Shown piece by piece: positions 1 through 12,613 of a DNA stretch of 64,000 nt. Every line of letters begins with the position of its first letter. The stretch's first letter is position 1. The notes beneath the pieces were generated by a model. The model searched no databases and was not told where the DNA came from. It saw only the letters and a list, made by a program, of their open reading frames with translations. This DNA comes from Neophaeotheca triangularis. Taxonomy: Eukaryota. A program made the translations under genes and the position numbers. The DNA lies in NCBI GenBank assembly GCA_054600435.1, contig BAAIJX010000015.1:372001-436000 (forward strand), given 5' to 3'.

Positions 1-295
1 CATGCCGTAGCGCTCGTACAATAAGCGAAGGCGACGCGAGCACTCGCCGTACTTGCGATTGTAAAATGTGTCGACATCTTCGAGTTGGCGGTCGAGGGTG
101 AAGAAGAATTCTGCAAGGGCATTAGGATGGTCGAGTGTGCAGTGTCGAGCTCAGCGTACCAGCCAGGTCGGCGTCCTCGCCATCGCCAGACTCGTTTTTG
201 GCCGCTTTGATTTTCTTCTTGAGCTGTTTGTAGTCGATATACGAGCCCGCCCATTCGGGGACCTGGTTGCGCGGGAGATTCTGGCCGAACTTCAT
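1..295 (-). CDS. GDE1: SPX-domain glycerophosphocholine phosphodiesterase Gde1, 5' part (runs off window edge)
   Basis: Not in the ORF track. ATG at 295 reads MKFGQNLPRNQVPEWAGSYIDYKQLKKKIK (SPX N-terminus of the Gde1 type). Intron 111-159 (GTACGC..CTAAT..CAG), then EFFFTLDRQLEDVDTFYNRKY. Confidence 0.8.
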
Positions 296-822
296 GACTG
301 CGGGTTGAGGAAAGGCAAAGCAACGAGCGCCAGTTGACTAGTAGTCTAGCCGAACCGATGGCAATCAGCGCGTCGATGCTGTATTGAGAGGCAACCTTAG
401 CTATCGATGTTGTCGCACGGAGGAGCTACAGTATAGGTAGCTCCTAGCTGGCGGATTGGCCAGCTGCTGGGTCGACTGTGGTGGTACCTATAGTAGAAAC
501 GCACGTAATGGCGCAGTGAGCCATGAGGTCGCTACCTAGATAGATGGTGAGAATGAATAACGAGGGTGCAGTGACAGACAAGTAAAGTAGTCGTGGAAAG
601 AATGAACGAGACCATCAGAATGTTCAAACGATGGATGGTGCTTGAGTGACGCCCTTTCATAGGCTGGGCTCGGACCGCCGCCAGTGCCAGTACTGTACTA
701 CTGTAGGAGGGGAGGTACCTCCCTGAGCTCCCTCTACCAATCTTATCTGCTGATCATCTCATCATCTTCCTTCCTAACTTGAGCTTCTCTCGGAGCAAGT
801 AGTAGTGAAGAGAACTAGTAGA

Positions 823-849
823 TAGGTAGGTAGGTAGGTAGGTAGGTAG
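823..849. repeat. (TAGG)n microsatellite
   Basis: taggtaggtaggtaggtaggtaggtag read directly. Confidence 0.9.
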
Positions 850-2748
850 AAGAATAGTAGTACATTTTACTACTGCAGGTCCCGCCATGGAAAATAATAT
901 GTGGATGTCAAAAGTAAGGTACAGGGCAGTATCAAAACAGCATCAGAATTTGATACTGAATGATGCGCCTCCTACCCCGCCATCCAGGATCCATGTTTTC
1001 CCCATTTGGATGATCTTCAAGACCACGCCCCCCATTATGCCCATGCGTAGACGTACGTAGTTGCTGATCGCCAGGAACAAGACGGGAGGTAAAAGTTGAA
1101 ACAAGACGTAACTGTCGCCGGTATACAATAATGTCTTGTTAATAACACCTAAGTACTGAAGGTAGACAAGTGGTCTAGCAACGTATATCGATATTCGGAC
1201 GAGGAGATTCGGAAGGCTACCTTGTCTTTACCTGCTTCTAATGCTACAATATACTAGTACACAGTCACAGTCACAGTCACAATTCGTTCACAAGACACCT
1301 CAGCCTGCTGCTGTTCTACGCCAGCACAGTTCCGCCAACACACTGCATGCTCGAGTGTAACGAACAAACAAGCGACCATTTGAAGATATTTTATTATTAG
1401 TCCCCGCCTAATAATGACAACAACGATGGGAAACGAATCCCGCTGGAGAAGCTCGGAGACGGAGGCGGACACAACTTCCTAACTTACTACTTATACTATA
1501 TTACTTTATACCACTACGTATGTACCCACATACTTTTTGCCTTTCCACTACTATCCAGCCCTTCCCGCCAACGAACCAAATGGCGGATGAGGTGCATGAT
1601 GCATCTTCTCAACCACGTGTTGCAAATTCGACTAAACAAAAGAGCAAAGCACGAACCGCGCCTCCGGACCATGCCCTCTCCTAACAATAAAGAGCTTGCA
1701 GACACAAACACCTCAGACAGTCCAGACGCGACGCGACCTACAATAAACAAGTCTCACGCCAACCTGCAACTCCTTCAAAGTACCTCCTATATAATGCCGT
1801 GCCACCATTAACAAACGGTGGCGCTCTCAACCCACGTGTCGCATCCGCCTAGGTATAGGTAGGTAGTGTACCCGGAGGTGGCTACAGCGACCACCGAGTA
1901 ATGCAAGTTCCCAAGCCCGTCTCCGCCTCTTTATGCAAAATCGTATAGGTAGGTCCTCTGTACGCCCGGGCTGCCCGATATTACTCCCCGCTCCACGCGA
2001 CACGCCCACGTAACGTAAACACGCGAATGGCGTGGTATTCATTGACCTGCACGGCTAGCAGCAGCAGCAGCAGAGAGGAGGAAATTTTCTCCCTTCCCAC
2101 AACGGGCGGTACCGAACGGTTGCGCGCATGCTTGTGCGTTGGGTCTGCGCGGCTGGTGGGAGTCTGATGAGTCTTGGACTCTTGGTTGGCCTGCCGCTTC
2201 TGCTTGGGAGTCGTCGGTCTCGTAGGCAAGAGGTATACCATACCGGTCATACCTACCAGGTAGGGTATCGTGTTGGTTCGCTTGAGGGGGTGGAGCTTTT
2301 CAACTTTGGCTGGCTTCACGTGTATTATTATTATTAATGGGTTTTGTGCGGTGCTTGTCTATAGTATGCGGACTACTGTCACTGGATGGGTTGGAGGGGA
2401 CGTCGGATAGGCTTCTGTCACTAGAAACCCTAAGGTAGCTAGGTCCCCGTGTACCAGCGAGAAAGCTCCGTCTTCGTCATTAGGATAAGCTAATGGGAGA
2501 GGCTCTCTGAACTTCGTTTGTGGTCGTGATGGTTAATATCATCTGTGCTACTGATGCTGACGATGTAATGTCTGGGATGTGGAGGAGGGCCTCTTTGATA
2601 TCAAGAAAACGAGGCTCACAGTGCTCAACGGACTTGGTTTCATTTGGTCATAAAGCTCCTTATCCTCGTAGTAGGCTACCGTCTGGGCAAGGAAAGAGTG
2701 CAAACCTCCAGCGCTGTAGCCTGGACCTTTCCCTCATTGTACCGAGAC

Positions 2749-3946
2749 TTACCGCAAGCTCATAGCGGCAAGACGTTCCTCAACTGCTCGCAAGACATCA
2801 GGGTCAGGAGAAGGAGTCACCCGCTTGGGCCTACAAGATATTAGCGAAAATCGATGAGATAGGAGCGAAGAGCAGTGACTTACGGGTATCTTATGCACGC
2901 CTCGCATCGTGTGTGCCCGCAACTCCGACACAATTGCCTGTCCACAAGCGTACTTTGACATCGCTCACAAGTATATCTGATCCGCTGCCTCGGCTTCCTG
3001 TAGACTCGCTGTACTGTTGCCACCATCTGCACATCCGTTGGCTTGCCCTTTGCTCTCCATTCTGCTTCTGCATCCGGATTCATAAAGTTGTAGCCACCTC
3101 TCGGTCGTGTGCGTAAAGAATACCGGTATTTGTCACCCAAGATGTTATCGTCTTCGTCGCTCGACAGAGTCCCTCCCCCCTCCTCTGCTAGCCCTGGTTG
3201 TTGGTCGCGAAGAGCCCCATTGTTCGTCGCGGCACCTGGCTTTTCCAGCAAAACAGGCTCCGTCGTTACCGCTGCTGATCGCTCTTCTTCCACTCTTGTC
3301 TCTGACGCTGTTACCGGGGCTTTGGTCTTCTTCGGCGGCGGCGTCCTTACGCAGTCGCGGCACCGGCGGTGCCCGCACCCATTGCAAACCTTCGCCTGGG
3401 TAAACATCCTCTGGCACTCATGGCACGTCCAGTGTACACGCATTCTCGCGGGCTTTTCAATGCGTTTACGCTCATCCTTTTCAAGTTGCGGTGCACCCGG
3501 GCTGGGGGTAGGAGCCGGAATGCCATGCTTCTCGAATAGGGCGCGAGTCTTTTCGTTGCTATGGCTGAACTGATCGAATCGCGAGGGAGTCAAGTCTTCG
3601 TTGTCGTCGACGTCAAGATCGTTGGCGTGTAGCTCGGTTCCGGCAGGATCTTTTGCGAGCGGAGGAGCCTGCTTGGGCTCAGTGCTTTGGTTGCTATTAG
3701 CACATCGTACCAGGTCAAAAAGGAGCCAACCTCGACTTACTGTTTGGCGTCGCCTTTAGTAGCACTCGGACCAGTCGGCTCGCCAGCAGGTTGGTTTGAA
3801 GTCGTATCAGCGGCAGGTGTAGTAGTCGTTGCAACCTGCTGACTAGAGCTCTTCCTTTTCGACTTGAATCTCTCGAGTAGGCGGCCAATACTGCTCCGTC
3901 TCTCAGTACGAGCCGGTGGCGTGGTCTCGGGTCTGCGGTCGGACAT
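2749..3946 (-). CDS. Hypothetical protein with two Cys/His-rich putative zinc-binding repeats
   Basis: Exons 3946-3741, 3684-2884, 2830-2749. Introns 3685-3740 and 2831-2883 have GTAAGT donors and GCTAAT branch sites and join three ORF-track frames. Two CxxC-x9-CxxCxHxxCxxC units. Confidence 0.75.
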
Positions 3947-5732
3947 GGTTGGCGAATGAGTAAGGTTTTCCGTCGTGGGACCTCGTCAATATGGGCCAGA
4001 CACCGGTGTGTATGGGTAGGTGTCCTCTGGGTTGGGATGTAGTCGGCAAAGACGTAGGAATGTCGAATATGGAGTGTGCTTGAGACTGCTTCGAGGGCCA
4101 CGGGCGGTCCAGGATGCCACCAATGCCGTGAATGATTGTGATGCTCAGAGACGTGCAGTGCCAGGCCGGCGGTAACTTCAACCTTTGGCGATACGAATCG
4201 TTTAGCAGCTGGTCGGCACCTCGCCCTTCATCCCACCGTCTGCACTCTGCGAGTATTCAAACGTTGACGCAGCGCTTTATTGCTTGCCGCTGGGATGCGA
4301 TGCGAGTTGGAAATAATGCAATTCTCTCTCTCCCTCTCCCTCTCTCCATTAGAATGAAGTAGCGAGAGTGTTGTGGCCTCTAGAGGTCGGTAAGCGAGCG
4401 AGCATGCGGAGCCCGTTCTGCCGCCCCGATAGATAGGCGGGACTCGCGGGAGGGATCCATCAAGAATCCGGCGCGCTGGTCGGCGGGAGTGAGCGGGCCA
4501 GCAAATAATGCGTCTCGATGACTCGCCCAGAAAGCTACCTCCTACCTACCTTGGCTGGGTACCTTGGTGACATCCATGATTGGTGAAGTGTGCTTAGAGC
4601 AGTCCAGTCCTACTTGAGGTTGAGACGTGGCAAGGTCGAGTATCCCTGCCCTGTTGTGACACTACTAAAGGTACTGTACTGTACCTTAGGTTAGTAGTAA
4701 CCCTACCTCCTAGGTATAGGCCACCAGTGCACCATGACGGGCTGGACGGAACACCGCTCAACAAAGCTCCGAGGCTCGCCTACGGTAAATTCCGCACACG
4801 CGAGCTTTTATAGTTACCCCACGCGCGCCCGCGTGCCGTCGCGGCCGAACTGTCTTATCTCGCCTCATCTTAAGAATTGAGGGCAACCTTGGAAGAGTTC
4901 CAGGTTGGACGTTGAATAACAACATCGGTAGTACGACGCGTGCTGCCGCCGTCCCTCGGAATACCATCCATGTTCTTTTCGAGGCCGTCTGGCCGTCTGC
5001 GCGCTCCCCCTACATACATTTTGATCCAACCCTGGTTCGTTGGCATTCGGTGGAGATGTTACAGCAGTAGCTTCAACCAAACAAGCTTGCTCGAAAAGGG
5101 GAGTCGTCCGACCCCAGCGTTGAAAAAGTCGTCCGGCCAGCTCTAGCGGCAGCACTGGAGTGGCTAATGTACAAGACACCCTGGCAAGGTAGCAAGGTAG
5201 CATCTCATAGGAGGTAGCGCTGGCCATTACTGTTGAACGTCACTACTCACTACTGCCATGCAATGCGAAACGTGCATGAGTAGGAGTTTCAGAACTGGAG
5301 CATTGCATGGTCCGGCGTGCAGTGGGCCACGCAGGCCACAGGTGGAGACTTCCCACGCGATCTTCATGGACTGATAGTCGACGGCACTACAACAGCTGCC
5401 CACGAGCGCCGATGTCAGGCCAGATAAAAAAGGACAGTAAGCTGCGGTTGTCTGAGAAGACAGGCGAAAGCTTCCGATAGCTACCTTCTTGTGTCAGCTA
5501 ATGAACGCCCCCAGCGGTCGAAAGATGCATTCGTTTGAAAAAAAATTAATCATTGAAATATAAGAACAGCTCAAAGTCATGGTCCTGTAGAGTGTCCTGA
5601 GGTACGCAGCTACATCAGATTAATCGTCAAAAGGTAAAGTCCTGGGTATCATACGAACAGCAATGGAGAACAGATTCTCCCATCGTCGAGTCATCAAGCA
5701 TACAAAGAAGCGAGTCGACAAACTTGCAACAG

Positions 5733-8139
5733 TCATCGTGTTGCCGGCTTCGTCATCCGGAGCAAAGGTGCAATCTTTTGCTTCTTGCTGAGGCCAACGC
5801 GATAAGGCACCTTGGACGAGCTTTTGATGGGTGAGTGGGACGCAGCCTCGGTCTTGGATACCTTCTGTTTCGGTGTCAAGGCCTCCTTATCTACGTTCCT
5901 AGGCGATGGAGTCGGTATGCTGGCCTTAAAAAGGTTCGGCGACCCGCCATTTTCTACCTGCTGCGGTTCACCGATGCCGCACTTCGCTGTGCCCTGCGAA
6001 GGCTGACCGGGCTCGTCATTTGGACCAGCCTGCTCCAGCATTCCGAGTCCACTTTCAGTGGTAGGGATCTCGACGGTCGGCGATGCCGCCGAAACCCTGG
6101 CCCTACTTTCACAACTTCCTTTGTCGGCGTTGTCCTCGACAGCCATCTCGTCCTCACGCTCAGTTGCGTGATGCGCGTTCATTGGTTCCGAAGTGGCTGA
6201 AGGTTTCGCGGTCGATTTGGGAGGCTGGCCTTTGCGGCATCTGGCTAGAGCTGGCTTCTGTGGTGCACCTTCCGGCTCAGGAACGGGCGCGTTGTCTATT
6301 GTACTTTTGACGGTGATCTCTTCTCCATCTTCGTCGTCGCTTGATGCAATGACACGGCTCCTCCTTTGAGCGGTTTGGGCGGGCCGTGGGGAGTTCTCCT
6401 TCGATACGTCTCGAAGTGCTGACACACGCAACTCTTGCTGCTGCCTCAAACTTTGCGATCGCTGGGTCCCGGAGAACTCGACGTGGTCCTCGAAGATTGT
6501 CGTGTGAGATCGCTTTGCTCTGGTGGATGCCTTGGGTTTTGGCTTTGCTTTTGCCGCGGGTTTCTTAAAGGCCCCGGGGACTTCTTGCGATGGCTTGGTC
6601 TTAGCGCCCACTTGCCCATCTTGACTGGTTTTGGGGAGACTCGAAACATTTGGATAAGATGTGTTTTCTGCTTGCGGTTCAGCCGCAGCTTCTACTTCAT
6701 TAGTGCTCTCTTGAGAACCCCTGGTGTCCTGTACTTGAAGAAGGGCCAATGGCTGATTGTTGTCGGAGATTGGAGTCTCTTTGGTTGAGTGTGGTGCCGT
6801 GGATGGATCTGTTGTTTTCGTACGTCTGGTTTTGGCAGCCTTCTCGGGAACTACAGAATAGTCTATGTCATGTTCGAGTGCCGCTGTAGCCCGACGTCTG
6901 CTCGGCCGTGGATTGTAACGCTCTTTGGGCAGTCCCACGGCCATATCTTCAGAGTTGAGTGGCTCTGACATCTCCTCCTCCGCCTGGCGCTTACGGCCTC
7001 GAGTCTTTCTGGCCGTCCCGGACTCGGTTGCTTGTGAATGCTTGTCCTCGATTTCTTGCGGACGAATTCGCACTATAGGACTCGAACGAGGTTTGATCGG
7101 GGACGGCATCACTTCGCCATGTCCGGGGTCAGCGTCGGTAGTCGCGGCGTGTGCCTCTTGGATAGGTGGGCTCGTATCAGGATGGCCGTTGAGAGGTCGA
7201 ACAGCGGAGGTTTGGGCAAAGACGTGTCCTGCTTCGGTCGATTGCTGGGCTGTGTTGCTCGCCGTTCCCTGGTCGTTGGATGAAGGATCCTTCACAGCGC
7301 AATGATGCCCTTCCTCATGCTCCGTTTGCTCTCGATTGCTCTCGGATGGCTGTGTGTATTCGAATGCGGACGTAGGTATTGAAGAGGTTTCTTGGGTCTC
7401 AGGCTCGGTGCGCCCAGTAGTTTGGGGCCGGTCGCCCTGCCCTAGTTTCTCAATACACTGATGTATGCATGAGGAGTTGTCGGGAACGGTGCTACCAGAT
7501 CCAGCGGAGTCTTTGAACATGGCGACCGGTTCGTGATCTGCGAAGTCATCTTGCAAAGTGTGGTTGGGCAAGTCGTTTGAGGTCTGGACGTCTGATCGGT
7601 CGGAGAAAGGCGCAGCGGCACCGCTTTCTTGTGATCTCTCGCTTTGCATCATTGCGTCAAATGAAGCCATACCGTCTTCGTCTCGTAGCCTTGGAGCGGT
7701 CTGCTTGGAGCCGTACGTCTTGACGGTTTGGGATCGTTTGCCACGTTTTGGCGGACGCAAGGATGACTCCTGGTCGCCTACAGACACACTCCTGCGCTTC
7801 CTGCGCTGCTCTACTGGCGAAGCCGCCGAAAATTGCGACCGCACATTCGTAGCGTTGGTTGCAGTCTGCTCTGTACGCTTGGCGAATAAAACACGCTCGG
7901 CGCTGTGTATCTCATTCGCGAGTCGTTCTGTCCGTGTCAGCTCTCTTTTCGTTACTTGCTTCTCTACAACGCAGAGGAGGGATGGAAATACCTGTCGAGC
8001 CAGTGCTCTGTTCGTCGTTTCCAGCCGTGCCTTGTCCAGTGCCACGGCTCGCGGTGTGGGGGGGAGGATCCATGTCGGGAGCCTCCATGGAAAGGTCGTC
8101 GACCCCTTCGTCGTCGGAGTCTGAGATGGCTGGCGGCAT
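5733..8139 (-). CDS. Conserved fungal, largely disordered protein (family often annotated AT-hook domain protein)
   Basis: Exon 8139-7992 (MPPAISDSDDE), intron 7928-7991, exon 7927-5733. Motifs GLPKERYNPRPSRRR and C-terminal KVPYRVGLSKKQKIAPLL. Confidence 0.7.
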
Positions 8140-8417
8140 CGTCGCGCTTTTAACACGCCAGGCTCTGTTCTTGCGTCCGACTCACTGCAACATCAGCTGA
8201 GGGGTGCGCCTTGTTGAACAAGAGGTTTCATGTCTGTTCATGGAGTCGCCGCCGGAGGCGGGGCAGGCGGCTTCGCGTTTGGGACGTGTGCAAACGAAAC
8301 GCGCAATCACGTGCCAGAGTGCAAGCACCCAAATCTCCATACGTCTTGCCATCCTACCCTTACAGCAGTACATAGAAGGTATTGAGGTATAGACAACCCA
8401 ACGCGGTTGATTGAACG

Positions 8418-9543
8418 ATGGCGACTCAAGATGATTCTGGTACGGCGTTCTCCATCATGCCAGAAGAAGAGCAACAACATTTCCGCCTGTTAGAACTGCC
8501 GCCTGATCTTCTCTCACTGTTCCAGTCAAAAGCTACATCTAGGTTTGTTTCTATCCTTAAGCACCTACGCGGGACCGATGCACGTATAGCTAACACCTTA
8601 CCGTAGCCTCCAGCTCAAATCGACACCAGGACCGCCTGGTCAGGAAATGTCAGGCACCGCGGTTCTCTGCACATCAGACCAGACCTTCAACGTTCGCCAA
8701 GTCAGCACGTCCAATACAGTGTATATCACTCAACCTCGCCACCAACCAAGTCCGGACGTAGGAACAGTGCGAGATTTTGCAGGGCCTGGTCTTTCTGCCA
8801 TAGCGCAGTGCGATTCGACCCTTGAGCTTATCCCTGCCAAAGATGTCTCAGCGATACCGCATCTAAAGGCGTCCCTTCCTGTCTATGCTTCTACGGGTCA
8901 TCGTGATGTTGATAATCGACTGTCCAAACAGTCCCTTTTCGACAATGTCCCAGTGAGCCAGGGGCAATGTGAGCAAGGGTGGACGGATTTGACATGCTTC
9001 GAGCTGGATGATGGCGGCTGCTTCATCCCTAGCGCCGCTCTCCGACACGAAACGTGGCGTTCGATGATAACACAAGCAACCGCAGACGCTTGGGATTTCG
9101 GAAAGAGCCATGATGACGAAACTGGCTTGCTACCGGAGCAAGCTGCTGAGCAGCCCATGGAACTGGCGAGCGCAATCGCACGAGCAATCAAGAACAAGGA
9201 TGAGGCAGAATCCTACACTGTCGACAGAGCCAAGTGCGTGCACTTTGTCGGCCGCACGACGCTTGAGTTTCTTACACACGTTTCGCCTGATGGGTATGTT
9301 GCTATCAATGACTTCCTCAAGCAGTGGCGTACCGGACTGCCAGAGATGTGGGCAAACGACGCCGCCGTAGATGTCCTCAAGGGCTGGTACCACCTGGGCG
9401 AAAATGGGAAGCGCGTAGCTTTTGCTCACGAGGGCAACTCCTCTATCATTGGCAAAGATGGGGTGGCCATAGAAGGCAAATCCGCGCTTGGGGTGAAGAG
9501 GAAGTGGCATGACAAATTCCGCCAGTCGAAAAAAGCCGGTTGA
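8418..9543 (+). CDS. DCC1: Sister chromatid cohesion protein Dcc1 (Ctf18-RFC subunit)
   Basis: FRLLELPPDLL and AVLCTSDQTFNVRQVSTSNTVYI motifs; C-terminal KRKWHDKF. Intron 8543-8606 joins the two ORFs in frame. Confidence 0.85.
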
Positions 9544-9599
9544 TCTTCTACAGAACGCTCGCAAATTTGAAAGGCAATCATACAACAAGTCCGGATCGC

Positions 9600-11560
9600 T
9601 CAAAGCTGCGCGCGGTCGCCTCCAACCTTCTTCGAGCAGAACGAAGCGAAGTATTCGTTCAGTGCGTCAACGGTCCCGCTACCTTCCACCAATCGAACTA
9701 CACACCCGACATAACCGTCCGGCCGAACGACAACAACACCACCCCTTTCCTGGTCCAGCCCCATCTTCGCGTGCGAAGCAGCCTCAGCCTCGGGTACTCT
9801 CTGGTCCCACACACTGTCGGCGTAAACATGCTCCTTGTACCTCGCCAGAATGTCCGGGAGCATGTCGTTGACCTCAATGTCCGGCCGCTTCTGGTTGAAG
9901 ACGGTGACCAATGTGAAGAAGTGGTTGTGAGGGTTGTGGCGCTCGTGGTAGTCGACACTGTCAACATCCCCGCGCTCGTAGGCCCGGTAGAAAGAGTTCT
10001 TCTTACGAAGGCCGGCAGCAAAGTCTATGAGCGCTTGCTTCGTCTTAGCATACTTCCCAGCGTAGATGTAGATTCTGTAAGAGCCATTAAGTGGTACTTC
10101 TTGCTCCAAGTGTACGACGTTGGCATCCGCAACCCGAACGACCGTGGATGGTATCAGAATACGACCAGTGCGAAGTTTGGTGGTGCCTTTTGGCTCCGAG
10201 AGGAAGAGAGGGTGCTGAGCAGGGTGCGAGTCGGACCAGTTGAAGATGTTTTCATTGTACGCCACGCCGTATCCGGAGGTAAATTCGCAGCTTGCTTTGA
10301 AGGTCTTGATGAATTCACTCTCCACCGTAGGTTGCTGCTCGCCAGCGGTGCGCTTGCTGGCGCTGCCGATCTCGCCAGCAGAGGGTTGACGTGTGGAGAA
10401 GAGTTTGGCGTACTGCGAGTCGAAGTTTAGGAGGTTTTCGGCGATGGCCTTGCGCTCGGTCTCGTAAGAACGTAGGATGGAACGTTCTGCGAAGCCACTC
10501 TCTACGTGGTGTATCTTCCATGCCAGGTTTTGCGCGTCGAGGAATGCGGTGTTCATGCCCTGGCCAGCCTTGGGAGAGTGAGTGTGGCAGCAGTCGCCCC
10601 CCATGAAGACTCTTTCGTCGAGTGTGTACCGGTCAGCGATGCCTTGGCCGATCGGGTAGACGGAGTACCATTCTACTCGGTCCCACTCAATCCAGTAAGG
10701 CTTCATTATGCGCTTTGCGGTCTCTTGAACCTGGTCAGTGGTCGCTGTCTTCCGCGGGTCAAAGTCTGGATCAGTCGAGGACGCTATCTGAATGTACAAT
10801 CGGACCATATTGGCCTCGCGGGGAATAACCATAATCGAGCCTGCATCTGAGTGTATGGTGCATTTCATCTGAATTGATGGAGTCAGCCATCATCTACGAG
10901 GCTTGTCGGCGGTGATCCTACCTTGATGTCTGGAAAATTGGTGCGCACAACGCCATCCATCACGCCCCAGACGTGCTGGATCGGGTCTTTGTGTGTGATC
11001 TTGACGCCCAACTGCTCTCGGACAAAGCTCCTCGCACCCTCACCACTGAAGAGGTATTTGGAGCGCATTGTCTCTGATTTATATCCTTCCACATGGGCGA
11101 TGCTGACTTCAACGGGGTAGTCCTTGTCCTTGCCATCATTCTTGAAGCCCGTTATCCGCCATGGTCTCTGTATCTGTACATTGTTCTTCTCAAGATCATC
11201 GATGAACACACGCTCGATCAAGCCCTGGTGCAGCAGCGTCGTGAAAGGGTATCTGGCGTCGATGAAGTTGGGACATGATGCCCAGGTGCCGGTCCTGTGG
11301 ATTCCCTTATCCTCGTCGTTCGGGTCCCAAAAGGCCACTTCGTACACTTTTGCGGGCTCGTTGGCCATGATGGCCCGCTTCAGCCCCATGTTCTTGAGGA
11401 GATCGAGCGATCGTGGTTGAATGCCATCAGCGCGGCCTGTTACTGTAGGCTCGGGTCGCATGTCGATGTGCTTGATCTTGTATCCCCATCGAGCCAAGCA
11501 GGTTGAGAGGAGCAGGCCGACTGGGCCAGCGCCCACGATGACAATGTCATACTTCTCCAT
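9600..11560 (-). CDS. FAD-dependent phenol 2-monooxygenase-like hydroxylase (about 635 aa)
   Basis: GAGPVG Rossmann motif, [28 protein letters not shown]-terminal [10 protein letters not shown]. Intron 10869-10921. Confidence 0.9.
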
Positions 11561-11978
11561 CCTCTCAGTGGGCTCGTCGTTATTCGCGAACAGGGTAGAG
11601 AGCTCTGCAGCTTGCTGTTGGATGTGTCGAAAGCTAGACTGCACCAACTGTATCGCCGGGGGCTTGATGGATGGAGGGCAAAGAAGCAAATGAGGATGAA
11701 AACAGGAGGAGGGAGAGAGAGTGCGGGCAAACCTACCATTACATATCATCAACCAGAGGTCGTGTTGCCAGATTAGGGTGGCATGGCCGCATGGAAGCCT
11801 TGACACAAGCTCCACGTTCGAGCACACGGCTAGAGAATCGGGAGGATGTCAAGGCGGGCGAAGCAAGCAAAATAGCTCCCATGTTTTGTTGCCGACGCAC
11901 CAGGAGACGTCACGAGCAAACCCCACAGCAAGACAACTAACTCTCCACTCCTCGCAACAATGAAGGTTACCGAAGGTC

Positions 11979-12005
11979 TAAGAGACTAAGAGACTAAGAG
12001 ACTAA
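11979..12005. repeat. Short tandem repeat (TAAGAGAC)x3
   Basis: taagagactaagagactaagagact in the divergent promoter region. Confidence 0.8.
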
Positions 12006-12613
12006 TAAGAGTCTAATGATTAGATGCGATGCGATCCGCCGCGGCCTTGGGATTCGGTACGGGGATGCGGCAAACTACAGTACTACTACTAGTACATACA
12101 GTACGACTGCTGCTCGCTTGTCTCTCGGCTGAACGACAGATCGCACGTCGAATCAGAACTTTTGCTTTGGTAATGTTCGGCGGGAGAGAGCTGTGGCTAA
12201 TTACCTACCTCCTACTGTAGGTGATTAACTTATAGGAGGTAGGTACTGGCTAACGTCCAACCCAGCTGGGAGGCCAAATACGGTATTTCGTACTAACTCG
12301 ACGTGCATTTTTTTCAAAATAATTATTATAATGATAATAACAACAATATCAATGATAATGCCACCTACCTAGGTAACCATCGTGGTGTTGACCTCTTTCA
12401 TTGAGCACGGCGGAGTGTGTGGGGAAGCTGTTTTTAAACTTCATGTACTGATCACGTGCAAAGGTTGTAGATCAACGACGTTCAAGTGTCGTATAGGTAG
12501 GTATATAGTCCTGCTAAACTTCAACTCGTTATTGTCCTGTAAAACTACAGCATCTTCATTCGCAAGGACCAAACCAAATCACATTCGACCTATCAACCGC
12601 TCGACATTCGAAC

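Noticed and set aside
9540..10430. 296-aa plus-strand ORF
   Set aside because: Non-ATG start, antisense to the monooxygenase, no motifs.
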